Assembly: GCF_006345805.1 (NCBI RefSeq)
Contig: NC_043015.1
Coordinates: 47,616,001-47,680,000, forward strand
Length of the DNA stretch: 64,000 bases
Origin: Octopus sinensis
Lineage: Eukaryota
Reading direction: 5' to 3'
Position 1 is the stretch's first letter. The number at the start of each line of letters is the position of its first letter. The notes beneath the pieces are model-generated. The model was not told the origin of the DNA. It searched no databases and was given only the letters and a program-made list of their open reading frames with translations. Of this stretch, positions 38,261 to 50,745 are shown piece after piece. A program made the translations under genes and the position numbers.

Positions 38261-39226
38261 GGACCTTTTCGGTTTGAACGGCAGTTTTTTAAAATAATTT
38301 CCATGTGTGGTAAGTAGCTTGTTTACCAACCACATGGTTCTGGGTTCAGTCCCACTGCGTGGCACCTTGGGCAAGTGTCTTCTACTGTAGCCTCGGGACG
38401 ACCAAAGCCTTGTGAGTGGATTTGGTAGACGGAAACTGAAAGAAGCCTGTCGTATATATGTATATATATATATATATGCGTGTGTGTATTTGTGTGTGTC
38501 CCCCTAGCATTGCTTAACAACCGATGCTGGTGTGTTTATGTCCCCCGTTACTTAGCGGTTCGGCAAAAGAGACTGATAGAATAAGTACTGGGCTTACAAA
38601 AGAATAAGTCCCGGGGTCGAGTTGCTCGATTAAAGGCGGTGCTCCAGCATGGCCGCAGTCAAATGACTGAAACAAGTGAAAGAGAGAGTAAAAAGAGAGT
38701 AACTAAACACTTTTAAACTTCGTATACTGGTAGAATGTGTTTATAAAACATCTTTTTCTCTTGGTTTTATTGAGAAAATTCTATAGTTTGTAAGATATTT
38801 GTTGTTTTTTTTCTTCAATTTCTGCAATTTCAACCAATCAATGACGTCTATTGAGGTAAAAAAAAAAACATTCTGTGCCATATGAATATGTCCCTCGTTT
38901 AAGAAACAGATTGGGTTTATTTACATTTGTGAAGAAAAACTGATTGAAATGCAATAGATCGATACTAGGGTCATAATTATGGGTGACAATTTCATATGAC
39001 ACCGCTAGAAAAAAACTGCCGTTCAAACTGAAAAGATCCTTTTTGTCGCGTGTAGTTTATTATGAATATAGATAAATTACATTTCTGATGAAAAAAGATA
39101 CCCTTCCCTCTAACCCTAACCCTAAAACAGATTGAAATGCAATAGATCGATACTAGGGTCATAATTATGGGTAACAATTTCATATGACACCGCTAGAAAA
39201 AACTGCCAGTCAAACCGAAAAGATCC
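38261..39226. mobile_element. Composite hAT-type MITE with inserted SINE B and duplicated right end
   Basis: Outer TSD AAAAAAAG/AAAAAAAT, SINE at 38303-38700, internal TIR at ~39039. Confidence 0.8.
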
Positions 39227-40070
39227 AAAAAAATGTGTTCTGGCATTAATTAGCCACACAGTCTTCAAGAAACTTGAATCATACCATCCTATCTTTTCTT
39301 TTTCTTTTTTTCCTTGTTTTAGTTATTAGACTGTGGCCATGCTGGAGCACCACCATGAGATTTTAGTCTAATGAATCGACACCAGTTACTCATTTTGTAT
39401 GCCTGGTACTTATTCTATCGGTCCATTTCACCGGGGATGGAAACACACCAACACCGGAAGACACACATGGCGAGCTGGCAGAAATGTTAGCATGTCGGGC
39501 AAAATGCGTAGCTGTATTTTATCTGCCGTTACGTTCTGAGTTCAAATTCTGCTGGGGTCGACTTTGCCTTTCATCCTTTCGGGGTCGATTAAATCAGTAC
39601 CAGTTACGCACTGGGTCGATATAACCAACTTAATCCGTTTCTCTGTCCTTGTTTGTCCCCTCTACGTTTAGCCCCTTGTGGCCAATAAAGAAATATTTCT
39701 ACAAATATTCTATAGAAATTATATACCAGCACTGCTTTTAACTCCAACGTTTCATATCAAGACGCCAAATGCAAACAAAGAATAAGACTGAAGATAAAAA
39801 TGGGTGTATATGGCATAATTCGGTAGGGTTTGCTCCTTCTTTAGCTCCCATTTAACCCATTCTCGCCTCCGAATACATTTGTTACATAGCCGCTGCATAC
39901 AGCAGTGTTAAGTTACTGGATATGCCAATTTACATATTAAACGCATTCCTGGAGCTGGTACATAAATAGTATTTAGTATTTACATACCAGTTCCAGGAAT
40001 GCGTTTCATATGTAAATTGGTATACCAAATACCATGTACCTACAAATCATTAATATACATACATACATAC

Positions 40071-40116
<46 letters not shown>

Positions 40117-40908
40117 CTTTCTTTTATTCTTTTACTTGTTTCAGTCATTTGACTGTGGCCATGCTGGAGCACCTGCCTTTAGTTGAGCAAATCGACCCCA
40201 AGACTTATTCTTTGTAATCCTAGTATTTATTCTATCGGTCTCTTTTTCTGAACCGCTAAGTTATGGGGACATAAACACACCCGCATCGGTTGTCAAGCGA
40301 TGTTGGGGGGACAAACATAGACATACAAACATATACACACACATATATATACATATACATATTTACAATGGGCTTCTTTCAGTTTCCGTCTACCAAATCC
40401 ACTCACAAGGCTTTGGTCAGCCTGAAGCTATAGTAGAAGACACTTGCCCAAGGTGCCACACAGTGGAACTGAACCCGGAACCATGTGGTTGGTAAGCAAG
40501 CTACTTACCACACAGTCACTCCTACACCTATATATATATACTAGCAGTATCGCCCGGCGTTGCTCAGGTTTGTAAGGGAAATAACTATAAAGCATTTTTA
40601 GAGAGTTATAGCCAAAAAATAGCAAAAAAATGATGGTAAATTTTTTTTTGAGATTTAAGAAAGGTAGAGTTGCGTCCCCTAGACAGTTTGTGGTTCGTAT
40701 TCCTGATTCTCGACCCCATGTCGAATTTATCGATTTTTTTCAGAACTGGGGGAACTTTTCAAAATTTTCGCTGCGTTAGTTTTGAATTATGACATTGGGC
40801 TATGTGTGTGTCAAGTTTCATCAGAATTGGTTGAAAGCCATGGTCAGGGTGAGGGTACAAGCAAACAGACACACAGAAACACGCACAGACAAACTGCCGT
40901 TTATATAG

Positions 40909-40940
<32 letters not shown>

Positions 40941-43184
40941 GGAGGCGCAATGGCCTAGTGGTTAGGGCAGCGGACTCACGGTCGTAGGATCGCGGTTTTG
41001 ATTCCCAGACCAGGCGTTGTGAGTGTTTATTGAGCGAAAACACCTAAAAGCTCCACGAGGCTCTGGCAGGGGGTGGTGATCCCTGCTGTACTCTTTCACC
41101 ACTCTTTCTTCTGTTGGCCTGCTCGCTTAGCCAGCGAGGTGGCGTCATTCGAAGGCTAAAACAATGCAAACGCATTGTGACCAGCGATGTGTAACTACAT
41201 CTGATGAACTGGTCGGTCATGTGATATATATATATATGTATAATAATATATATGATATTAATAGTTATCGCCAAGTTAACATGGTAGTCCAGAAAAATAG
41301 GACGAATGCTGCCAACACCTCTAGCTAGCTATGTGACACACAAACTTGTGTCCATTACAACCTTCGAACAGGGAAGGTCAGCCACTTCCCCTTGCTGGTC
41401 TGGCATCCACAGACTAGTTTTGAGGTGGTTGCCTCTTATCAATATGGAGTATATATATATATATATATGCATTTATACATACGTATTTGTGCATACATCT
41501 ATATGTATATATATGCATATGTGGGCACAGAATGTCATGAAACGTGTACAACAAAAAAAAGTACGAAGCACAAGTACAGGGAGCATGAATTATTCTTTCG
41601 AACAACGAAAGACTCAAATGGGAAACAAAACAAACATAAAGAACAACCCTTCATCAGTTGTTGGCTGTTTTCCTACTCTTGCATTTCGAGCATTTAACAA
41701 CAATATACGCTTCGATAAAACAGTTGGTCCCGCAAAGCAAATTAAATAAAATTTTGAGACTTATATATAGATACACACACACGCACACATATATATATAC
41801 TAGCATTATGACCCGTCTTTGCTGGGTCATAGTGCTAGTGCATGTATATATGTGTATATATATATGTGTACATATTACATGTACATCTATATATATACAT
41901 CTACACATAAAATACAAAATACAAAGTTATATCTTGATATCGCTAGTAATAACAATACTGAAAATATATAACAGACTGGAATTGTAGGACTATTCCATTT
42001 CTGCACGCTAATTTTATTTTTAATTTATTCCCATTCATGTGAAACCACTTATTCAAGTTCAAATCATTGATGCAATTTTATACCAATTGCTATTTTTACT
42101 TTTGTTATGTTACGATTACATTATACTTTAGTTTGGTTTTAATTATCACTTACTACATATAATTTAATTGTTATTATTATTTTTATTGTTAAAGTGAAAA
42201 TATCTGACATAAAATAGAGAAATGTTTTTGTTTCACTTTTAACACATAATACTGAAATAGTGGAGAAGATATGATATAGCTATGGGCTCACCCTAGGCAA
42301 GAAGTTGAACATTTTTTTGCCCATGAAACTACATGGACCCTAAGTAAGGCATGTGTAAAATTTGAATGAAATTGGTTATGTAGTTCTCAAGTTTTAGGGA
42401 AACACAAACAGACAGACAGACAGACACACACACATTCTCAGTTTTATATATATATATATATATACGATGGGCTTCTTTCAGTTTCCATCTATGAAATTCA
42501 CTCACAAGGCTTTGGTCGACTTGAGGCTATAGTAAAAGACATTTGCCCAAGGTTCCACGCAGTGGGACTGAACCCGGAACCATATGGTTGAGAAGCAAGC
42601 TTCTCACCACACACCGAAAGTACCTTTTAAAAAGAGGTGACAGAAAATAGATAAATAAATACCTAAATAAATAATAAGGCTTCTGCATTTTAAGTGTGAA
42701 AAATAATAAACAATGTGAATATTTTTATGTCAATGGAGGTCTGTTTCATCTTAGTTAAAATGGTAATTTTATGAATCTACCAGTTGCTAGAAATAGGTTT
42801 GTGAGTGTGATTTGTGTAAGAAAAAGAGAAAAAGAGAATAAAACACATCCCAGGGAAAACTAGTGGTGGTCTGCATCGGTAAAAGTTGTTTTTATACGTT
42901 GTGTTGTTGAAGGAGAATTTCCTGATATTTCGCACCAAGACCTCCCGTGAGAAAGGAAAACTGATTTTATCATTCTCTCAAGGATGCGCAACACTATTGC
43001 ATAATTAGTTTTGTGAGCATGCGTGTAAGAAGTGTGACAGAGAAAAAAATGGATGAGAAAAATAAGGTGGAGGGTAACAAAAAATTGGTAGTAGTGGTGG
43101 TGGTGGTGGTGGTGGTGGTGGGTTTATTGGGTTGGGTAAAATAAGGATATGAGATGTTTTCTCTTGCTAACTACCACAGTATAG

Positions 43185-43600
43185 GGATCTTTTCAGTTTG
43201 AACGGCAGTTTTTTCTAGTGGTGTCACATGAAATTGTCACCCATAATTATGACCCTAGTATCGATCTATTGCATTTCAATCTGTTTTAGAGTTAGGGTTA
43301 GGGGTGGGGGGAAGGGTATCTTTTTTTCTTCACAAATGTAAATAAACCCAATCTGTTTCTTAAACGAGGGACATATTCATACGGCACAGAATGTTTTCAC
43401 CTCAATAGACGTCATTGATTGGTTGAAATTGCAGAAATTGAAGAAAAAAACAACAAATATCTTACAAACTATAGAATTTTCTCAAGAAAGCCATGAGAAA
43501 AAGATGTTTTATAAACACATTCTACCAGTATACGAAGTTTTAAAATGTTTAGTTACGTGGAAATTAGTTTAAAAAGCTGCCAGTCAAACCGAAAAGATCC
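43185..43600. mobile_element. hAT-type MITE
   Basis: TIRs plus perfect 8-bp TSD CAGTATAG. Confidence 0.92.
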
Positions 43601-43923
43601 CAGTATAGTTTATTCTAACAGAACATTCACGTTTAAGTGAGGGATAAATATTAACTCTCAGTATTAATATAACCTCTGTTGCTAATATTGATACTTTTTT
43701 TTTTTAGTAAGATAAGTGTTTGGATTAGTGAAATATTAGTGGGTGTGTGAACAGTTGCAGTCAGTGATAATACATGCATCAGCGTGACACAGAATATGAT
43801 AAAGCTGGCCCATTGAAATACAGGTTCGACTCATTGCTGCCAAATGAGTGGACTGGAGCAACGTCAGCATGAGTATTGTTGATAACCATTGTTTTTAACA
43901 TCTGGAATAAGATAATAATACAA

Positions 43924-44100
43924 TTCTATATTTAAGAGATGAGGAACTATGTACATTATTTATATTTGACAGATATTGGTCCTCATCTTGTTTGTTGTTA
44001 ACACAACGTTTCGGCTGATATACCATCTAGCCTTCAATAGGTGCCTTGGGGAAATTTCGAACCTGGGTTCTCATTCCTAAGGTATTTTTCGATGTTGTTA
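43924..44100 (-). mobile_element. 3' half (hammerhead tail) of a split tRNA/hammerhead SINE
   Basis: Matches 22000-22174 in reverse complement, with the core degenerated to CTATTGA. The head resumes at 45706-45787. Confidence 0.8.
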
Positions 44101-44113
44101 TTATTATTATTCA

Positions 44114-44149
<36 letters not shown>

Positions 44150-44185
44150 CATTATTCTTCTTCTTCTTCTTCTTCTTATTATTAT

Positions 44186-44880
44186 TATTATTATTCAGTA
44201 GTTTTATTTTTTATAGCGTGCTTTCACTTCACTACCGAGCGCAGCTCTGTGTGCCTTGGGTATGTGCTGTGATTTGTTGTGATGCTCTGATGGTTATTGT
44301 ATGGAAAGTGTTCTGCGTAGGATGTGTGCAGTGCCTAGTAGTGCAATTTTCTGTATGTTATATGTGTTTGTAAGTCCTGGTGTTTTTGTTATGTATTTGT
44401 CTGAATATTTTTTTATCATACCTAATGCGCCCACTATGATAGGAATTGTTTCTGTTTTTAGATTCCACATTTGAGTTACCTCTATTTCCAGGTCTTTGTA
44501 TTTTGAGAGTTTCTCCATTTCTTTTAGAGACACGTTGTCATCAGCCGGTATTGATACATCAATTAGAAAGCATTTTTTTCTTCATGATCTTTGACAACTA
44601 TATCTGGTCTGTTGGCCTTAATTTCTCTATCTGTGTGTATCGGCATATCCCAAAGTATGGTTGCTTTCTCGTTTTCTGTGACCTTTTCTGGTGTGTGCCT
44701 ATACCATCTTTTTTCTGTTGTTATTCCATAATGTTGGCATAGCTTCCAATGTATGTTGGCTCCAACTCTGTCATGTCTGTGAATATATTCCTTCTTAGCC
44801 AGGACTGGGCAGCTAGAGATAATATGATTTATTGTTTCTTGTCCATCTCCACATATTCTGCAGTTACTTGTTATATTTCT
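44186..44880 (-). mobile_element. R4/Dong-like non-LTR retrotransposon 3' end (CCHC knuckle plus restriction-like endonuclease)
   Basis: Reads CRICGDGQETINHIISSC...HRHDRVG...NRPDIVVKD..IDVSIP..KEMEKLSKYKDL...LLGTAHILRR with one frameshift, flanked by (TAA)n on both sides. Confidence 0.85.
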
Positions 44881-44904
44881 TTTCTATTATTATTATTATT
44901 ATTT

Positions 44905-44959
<55 letters not shown>

Positions 44960-44972
44960 GTGAATATATTCC

Positions 44973-45015
<43 letters not shown>

Positions 45016-45082
45016 AAATAATAATAATAATAATAATAATAGGCCAGACATCATATTGAAAGACTTCAGACAAAAATCATGC

Positions 45083-45114
<32 letters not shown>

Positions 45115-45115
<1 letters not shown>

Positions 45116-45670
45116 GAGTGAGAGCAGTGCATGTCATCAAAGTGACACTGGAGTAAAATATACAAAGCCCAGTATAACCATCATGACTACCCATCTGATA
45201 AGGGTACACTAGGCACATGCATCACAACCATATGTGGACGACATGGTGATCTCATAAGCAAAATAAATAGCACATGACCTTGCAGGTGGGGGCCCAGTGA
45301 GAATTTTCTTCAGGTCGAGTAGCCCATCCCGCTCAAAAGGTCCCTGAATAAGGATTGTTTAAGGACGTTGAACGAACCACCCATGTTTCCAAAGGTCAAT
45401 TATCCATACCTCAAAGAATTCCTTTCAGTACACGACTATGATGCTCCCCCACTACTTCTGCTCGTGATCAGAGATGCACATATCGTCAACCACTAAGGGA
45501 CATGCTCAACTGGTTATGGTCAAACAACTGACAAGCAAATCTGTGGTATTGAGAAGACTATTTGTTGTAGCCCATCTTTTATACCAAGACAAAACAATGT
45601 ACATGATAACACTTCCAATCAGTTAAGATCAGGAGCCATGAGAGCCACTGCGTGGTACTGCATTAGGGCA

Positions 45671-45680
<10 letters not shown>
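45115..45680. mobile_element. Non-coding interspersed repeat bounded by (TAA)n tracts
   Basis: About 560 bp non-coding unit with (TTA)n on both sides and terminal stem-loops. Possibly a non-autonomous TAA-targeted retroelement. Confidence 0.5.
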
Positions 45681-45705
<25 letters not shown>

Positions 45706-45710
<5 letters not shown>

Positions 45711-45838
45711 TCACTGCCAGGAATCGAACTCGGAATCTTAGGGTTAGTAGCCCGCGCTCTTAACCACTACGCCATATGCCCGCGGGCGACTGATACCAAA
45801 ATCTGCTTTCCTTTCTCACGGGCATATGACGTAGTGGT
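45706..45838. mobile_element. tRNA head of the split SINE plus an inverted truncated second head
   Basis: Minus-strand head at 45706-45787, ~30 bp spacer, then plus-strand CACGGGCATATGACGTAGTGGT at 45817-45838. Confidence 0.78.
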
Positions 45839-46049
45839 CATCCTTAGGAGTAAAAATTAGTCAGCATAGTTGTTGTTTTTGAAGTTTTTGAGGAATTTGA
45901 AACATAGTCAGGTGACAGATACTTTTTTTTTTTCAATTTTCCCTCAACTTTGACCCGATTGTAATTGAGGTTGCTAATAAAATATCTGGATAATTTTTGG
46001 TGTTTAACGATCAATATTCCTTTCTCTGTTGGACACCAAGTCAATTTTT

Positions 46050-46460
46050 GGATCTTTTCGGTTTGAACGGCAGTTTTTATCATAATTTCTATGTAAGTGA
46101 AAAAATTTTAAACTTCGTATACTGGTAGAATGTGTTAATAAAACATCTTTTTCTCTTGGCTTTATTGAGAAAATTCTATAGCTTGCAAGATATTTGTTGT
46201 TATTTTTCTTCAATTTCTGCAATTTCAACCAATCAGTGACGTCTATTGAGGTAAAACACATTCTGTGCCGTATGGATATGTCCCTCATTTAAGAAACAGA
46301 TTGGGCTTATTTACATTTCTGAAGAAAAAAAGATACCCTTCCCCCACCCCTAACCCTAAAAGAGATTGAAATGCAATAGATCGATACTAGGGTCATAATT
46401 ATGGGTGACAATTTCATATGACACCGCTAGAAAAAACTGCCGTTCAAACCGAAAAGATCC
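46050..46460. mobile_element. hAT-type MITE
   Basis: TIRs with TSD CAATTTTT/CAATTTTC. Confidence 0.9.
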
Positions 46461-47752
46461 CAATTTTCAAGTTTTAAAAATGATATCTAGTATGGGGTAA
46501 AATGAGTAATGACTATTTTCAATAATTTCTTCTCTTTAAACATATCAAGAAGAGGATACTCCAACAGATCGCGAAGAAGCTATAGAGAACATTTTATATT
46601 GATCTCTTTTTATTTAGTCGAGTTTCGTTAATTTCATATCATGTGCCACTTTTCCATGATCTTTTATTTTTATTTGACCAAGATATTTTTAATTTTTGTA
46701 GCATTCTTGATCTTTTTGATGTCTAACAATGGCTATTGATGTGTATGAGACTGTTTTAAAATGTCACTCTGGAGAATTGAAAAGACAAATTTATCTAATT
46801 TTGACTTACTCATTTTGCCCCAGAGAAATTTCTTTTTAATATGCTCAAAGAGAACGATAATAATTTTCCTGAAATGGTGGTCTGAATATGTTAAAGTGTT
46901 TTTAATGCATTTAAGGAAGGTCATTTGCTTAGCTGATCTAGTTTTTGTAAGACTGTGAACATTCGTAAAATATATATTTCTTCTCAAAGTCCAAAAGTGC
47001 AGTAAAACCTCCCCATTGTAAACACTCATCCCACCCTCTAGTTAATATAATATCTGTAGCCTCAATCGTTTGTCTTTAAAGTTCTTCATACTGAATGCAA
47101 GTCTTTATTCTGTCAATGGGGCTGCGAACGGTGGTGGGTAAGCAAGAGTCTGTTCCATATTAAATACATTGCTCAAAAGCCTCCACCATAGAAGATCACG
47201 TAATGCAAATGTCCTAATGACCCTGCATATACTTGACACATGATTTTACATGCCATTGTTTACTGTAGAAAATGCTAAACAAAGCAAATGAGTAATCCAT
47301 CACGTAATTTGAATGTTGTGAAAGAGAGACAGCAGATGTTCTATAGTTAAAAAAAAAACTGCGGTAGAGAATGGTAAAGAATAAAGTTTATTTTCCTAAA
47401 ACGTGATGTGTAAAATTTATAATTGCAGGAACTGTTAATTGCAGGAAGCCATGAACTCACAGAAACCTTTAAACAAAACGGAAAAAGCGGAGAATTTGAC
47501 AGCTTTAACCTTATGCAAGAATTAGGTGACTTAAAAAACAAAAACAAATGTGACTATTAACCAAAATAACGTAAGCTCTGGGAACCAATGGGAACGTCTC
47601 CGGTTAGAATTAAAGTATAAATTTGTTGCATGAGAAATATTTTACACAAATACTGAGTGGAAATCTTTCGATATTCTTGTAATAAATTTTGGCAAACAGC
47701 TTGGAAAACGTTCTTGTTATTACAACTGTTGAAGGAGAAAAAAATTATTAAA

Positions 47753-47857
47753 ATGATAACCAAACTAGCGCATCCACGTTGGATATGTTTCCTCGTTTTG
47801 CTGTTTGTTGGTGAGGTTTTCAACCAGAATCAGACGATTGTCTACGAACAAGCTCAG
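47753..47857 (+). CDS. Argos/scoloptoxin-11-like secreted protein, coding exon 1 (signal peptide)
   Basis: Reads MITKLAHPRWICFLVLLFVGEVFNQNQTIVYEQAQ, then a perfect CAG|GTAAGT donor, phase 0. Confidence 0.85.
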
Positions 47858-47898
47858 GTAAGTGAGACAGCGAGTGAGATTGACAGAAACTAAACTTC

Positions 47899-48311
47899 GG
47901 ATCATTTCGGTTTGAACGGCAGTTTTTAACATAATTTCTAGGTAACTAAAAAATTTTAAACTTCATATACTGGTAGAATGTGTTTATAAAACATCTTTTT
48001 CTCTTGGCTTTATTGAGAAAATTCTATAGTTTGTAAGATATTTGTTGTTTTTTTTTGCTTCAATTTCTGCAATTTCAACCAATCAAATACGTCTATTGAG
48101 GTAAAACACATTCTGTGCCGTATGAATATGTCCCTCGTTTAAGAAACAGATTGGGTTTATTTACATTTGTGAATAAAAAAAGATACTCTTCCCCCTAACC
48201 CTAACCCTAAAACAGATTGAAATGTAATAGATCGATACTAGGGTCATAATTATGGGTGACAATTTCATATGACACCGCTAGAAAAAACTGCCGTTCAAAC
48301 CGAAAAGATCC
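47899..48311. mobile_element. hAT-type MITE in intron 1
   Basis: TIRs with perfect TSD TAAACTTC. Confidence 0.92.
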
Positions 48312-48942
48312 TAAACTTCTTTAATTCATTATATTATTTCTTCGTATATTTTCTGAATAATTATTTTTTCCGAAAATCGATTAGCCCTGATAGAGCAAAC
48401 TTTTGATCAAACATGTTCAAGCTGTGACCACACAATCTTTACTTGAAACAGTGTTACTTAAATGAAATTATTCAACCTATCATTCCATATTTAAAATAAG
48501 AAGTGAGATGAGGAATAGTTTCTGTTTATTTCTAGCAAGTCTGGTGAGCATGTAAAAGATTCTTCATTCGCTCCAAAATTGATTCTGACTAAACAAATAA
48601 AATAGTTTGGCGGAAAATAATAAATTTCCACCAGTTAATAAAATGTGATTCACACACACACATTATATATATATCTATCTGGTAATTGACATTTGATTTG
48701 GATGTATTTCTCCATTTTCTTATTTTGTATTATGAATTTGGGGTAAAACATTTTACCTTTGCCCATATAATACAGTAAATGAATTAATTGCATCGCAATC
48801 CTTAACATTTATGTATTAACTTTGTTGGGTACTTCACTAGCAGTATATTGGATATATGTTATCCCATATATATATATATTCATACATACATATACACTTT
48901 ATTATTTTTCCATATCTCCCATCATGTGAGGAATATTTTCAA

Positions 48943-49020
<78 letters not shown>

Positions 49021-49245
49021 TCGTTTACTCGTTTACTTGTTTCAGTCATTTGACTGCAGCCATGCTGGAGCACCGCCTTTAATCGAGCAAATCGAACCCG
49101 GGACTTATTCTTTGTAAGCCCAGTACTTATTCTATCGGTCTCTTTTGCCGAACCGCTAAGTAACGGGGACGTAAACACACCAGCATCAGTTGTCAAGCAA
49201 TGCTAGAGGGACAAACACAGACACACAAACATATACACACACATG

Positions 49246-49315
<70 letters not shown>

Positions 49316-49923
49316 TACGACAGGCTTCTTTCAGTTTCCGTCTACCAAATCCACTCACAAGGCTTTGGTCGGCCCGAGGCTATAGCAGAAGACACTTGCC
49401 CAAGGTGCCACTGAACCTGGAAGCATGTGGTTGGGAAGCAAGCTACTTATCACATAGCCACTCCTGCGCCTATAATATATATATATATATATATACTACA
49501 CATACAAATATATACATATGTGAGTGTGCATATATCAACATACCATACATTTACATGGAAATGGAAATGAACTATTCAGAATCACACACACACACATACA
49601 CACACGCACACACACGCGCGCGCACACACACACATGCATGCATGCATGCAGGAGGCTTCTTTCTGTTTCTGTCTATCAAATTCACTCATAAGTATTTGAA
49701 GCTTGAACCCGCAACTATGTAATTGGGATTAAAAAGCTTTAATTTTGGCAGAACAATGTGAACACTAAAGGGTTAAGATAAACACCAACCATATACACTC
49801 ATAAGCATGCTGTCCCAGAAGGTTGGCGTGCCGTTTTAAAAGTCCGTTCTGTTTTAGGACACACCTTATGTGTGACCAATTTTCTTCCTTTCATCATTGT
49901 AAGTTATACTTTTCTTCTTTCAG

Positions 49924-50099
49924 CGAAGTAGCTCTCCATGTTTGAGTGAAAGTACTGTTTGTGCCGACGTCTATTCATTCACCAAGACAGTAAATGGAAA
50001 AAGGCAAAAAACTGAACGCCGAGTTATCAACTGTCTGTGTCAAGGAGGACAGTGCCCAAATTCGACGACCCACAATATATACGATACATCCAAGCACAA
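49924..50099 (+). CDS. Argos-like protein, coding exon 2
   Basis: Acceptor TACTTTTCTTCTTTCAG. Reads RSSSPCLSESTVCADVYSFTKTVNGKRQKTERRVINCLCQGGQCPNSTTHNIYDTSKH(K). Donor AA|GTAAAT, phase 0 to 2. Confidence 0.9.
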
Positions 50100-50179
50100 G
50101 TAAATATGCTTTTAATCTGAAAACCTGTTATGTTTGTTGTTAAGTACGATATAATAGTGGAATTGTTTCATAGATAATA

Positions 50180-50745
50180 TTGGGTTGTCCGGAAAGTTCG
50201 TGCCGATTTTTAAGGGAAAGAAAAAGGTCAATAAATACTTGCCATTACATTTTTCATCCACCAAATATGAGCCATTTTGTTGCACAGTGTCTCTCCATCT
50301 TTCCTTTAACTTGAAAATACCCTCTTCCCAGAATTGAGGTGGTTTCATGGCAAAGAATTCATCAAGGTATCTTTTTACGTCATCCAAGGAATTGAAATTT
50401 TTACCATTAAGGCTATTCTGCAGAGACCTGAATAAGTGGAAATCCGAAGGAACAATATCTGGTGAATATGGAGGGTGGGGTAACACATCCCAGCCGAGCT
50501 GCAGCAATTTTTGTCTGGTTCCCAAAGCATCAAGTGCCAAAAATGAACTTTCTTACCTTCCATTTTAAAGGGTTACAGAATTAACACAGGTTATAGGAAC
50601 ATAAACCTTCTTCCACGAAAAGATAGCTTAAACTGTGCTCTAAATGGAGGTGTAGTCAAATCCTATTTTATGGACTCAACCATGTTCTAAAATAAGTCGA
50701 AAGGTAAGCTGCTATAAATCAGCACAAACTTTCCGGACAACCCAA
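50180..50745 (-). mobile_element. Internally deleted mariner element
   Basis: TIRs TTGGGTTGTCCGGAAAGTT, TA TSDs and transposase C-terminus LPHPPYSPDIVPSDFHLFRSLQN. Confidence 0.93.
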
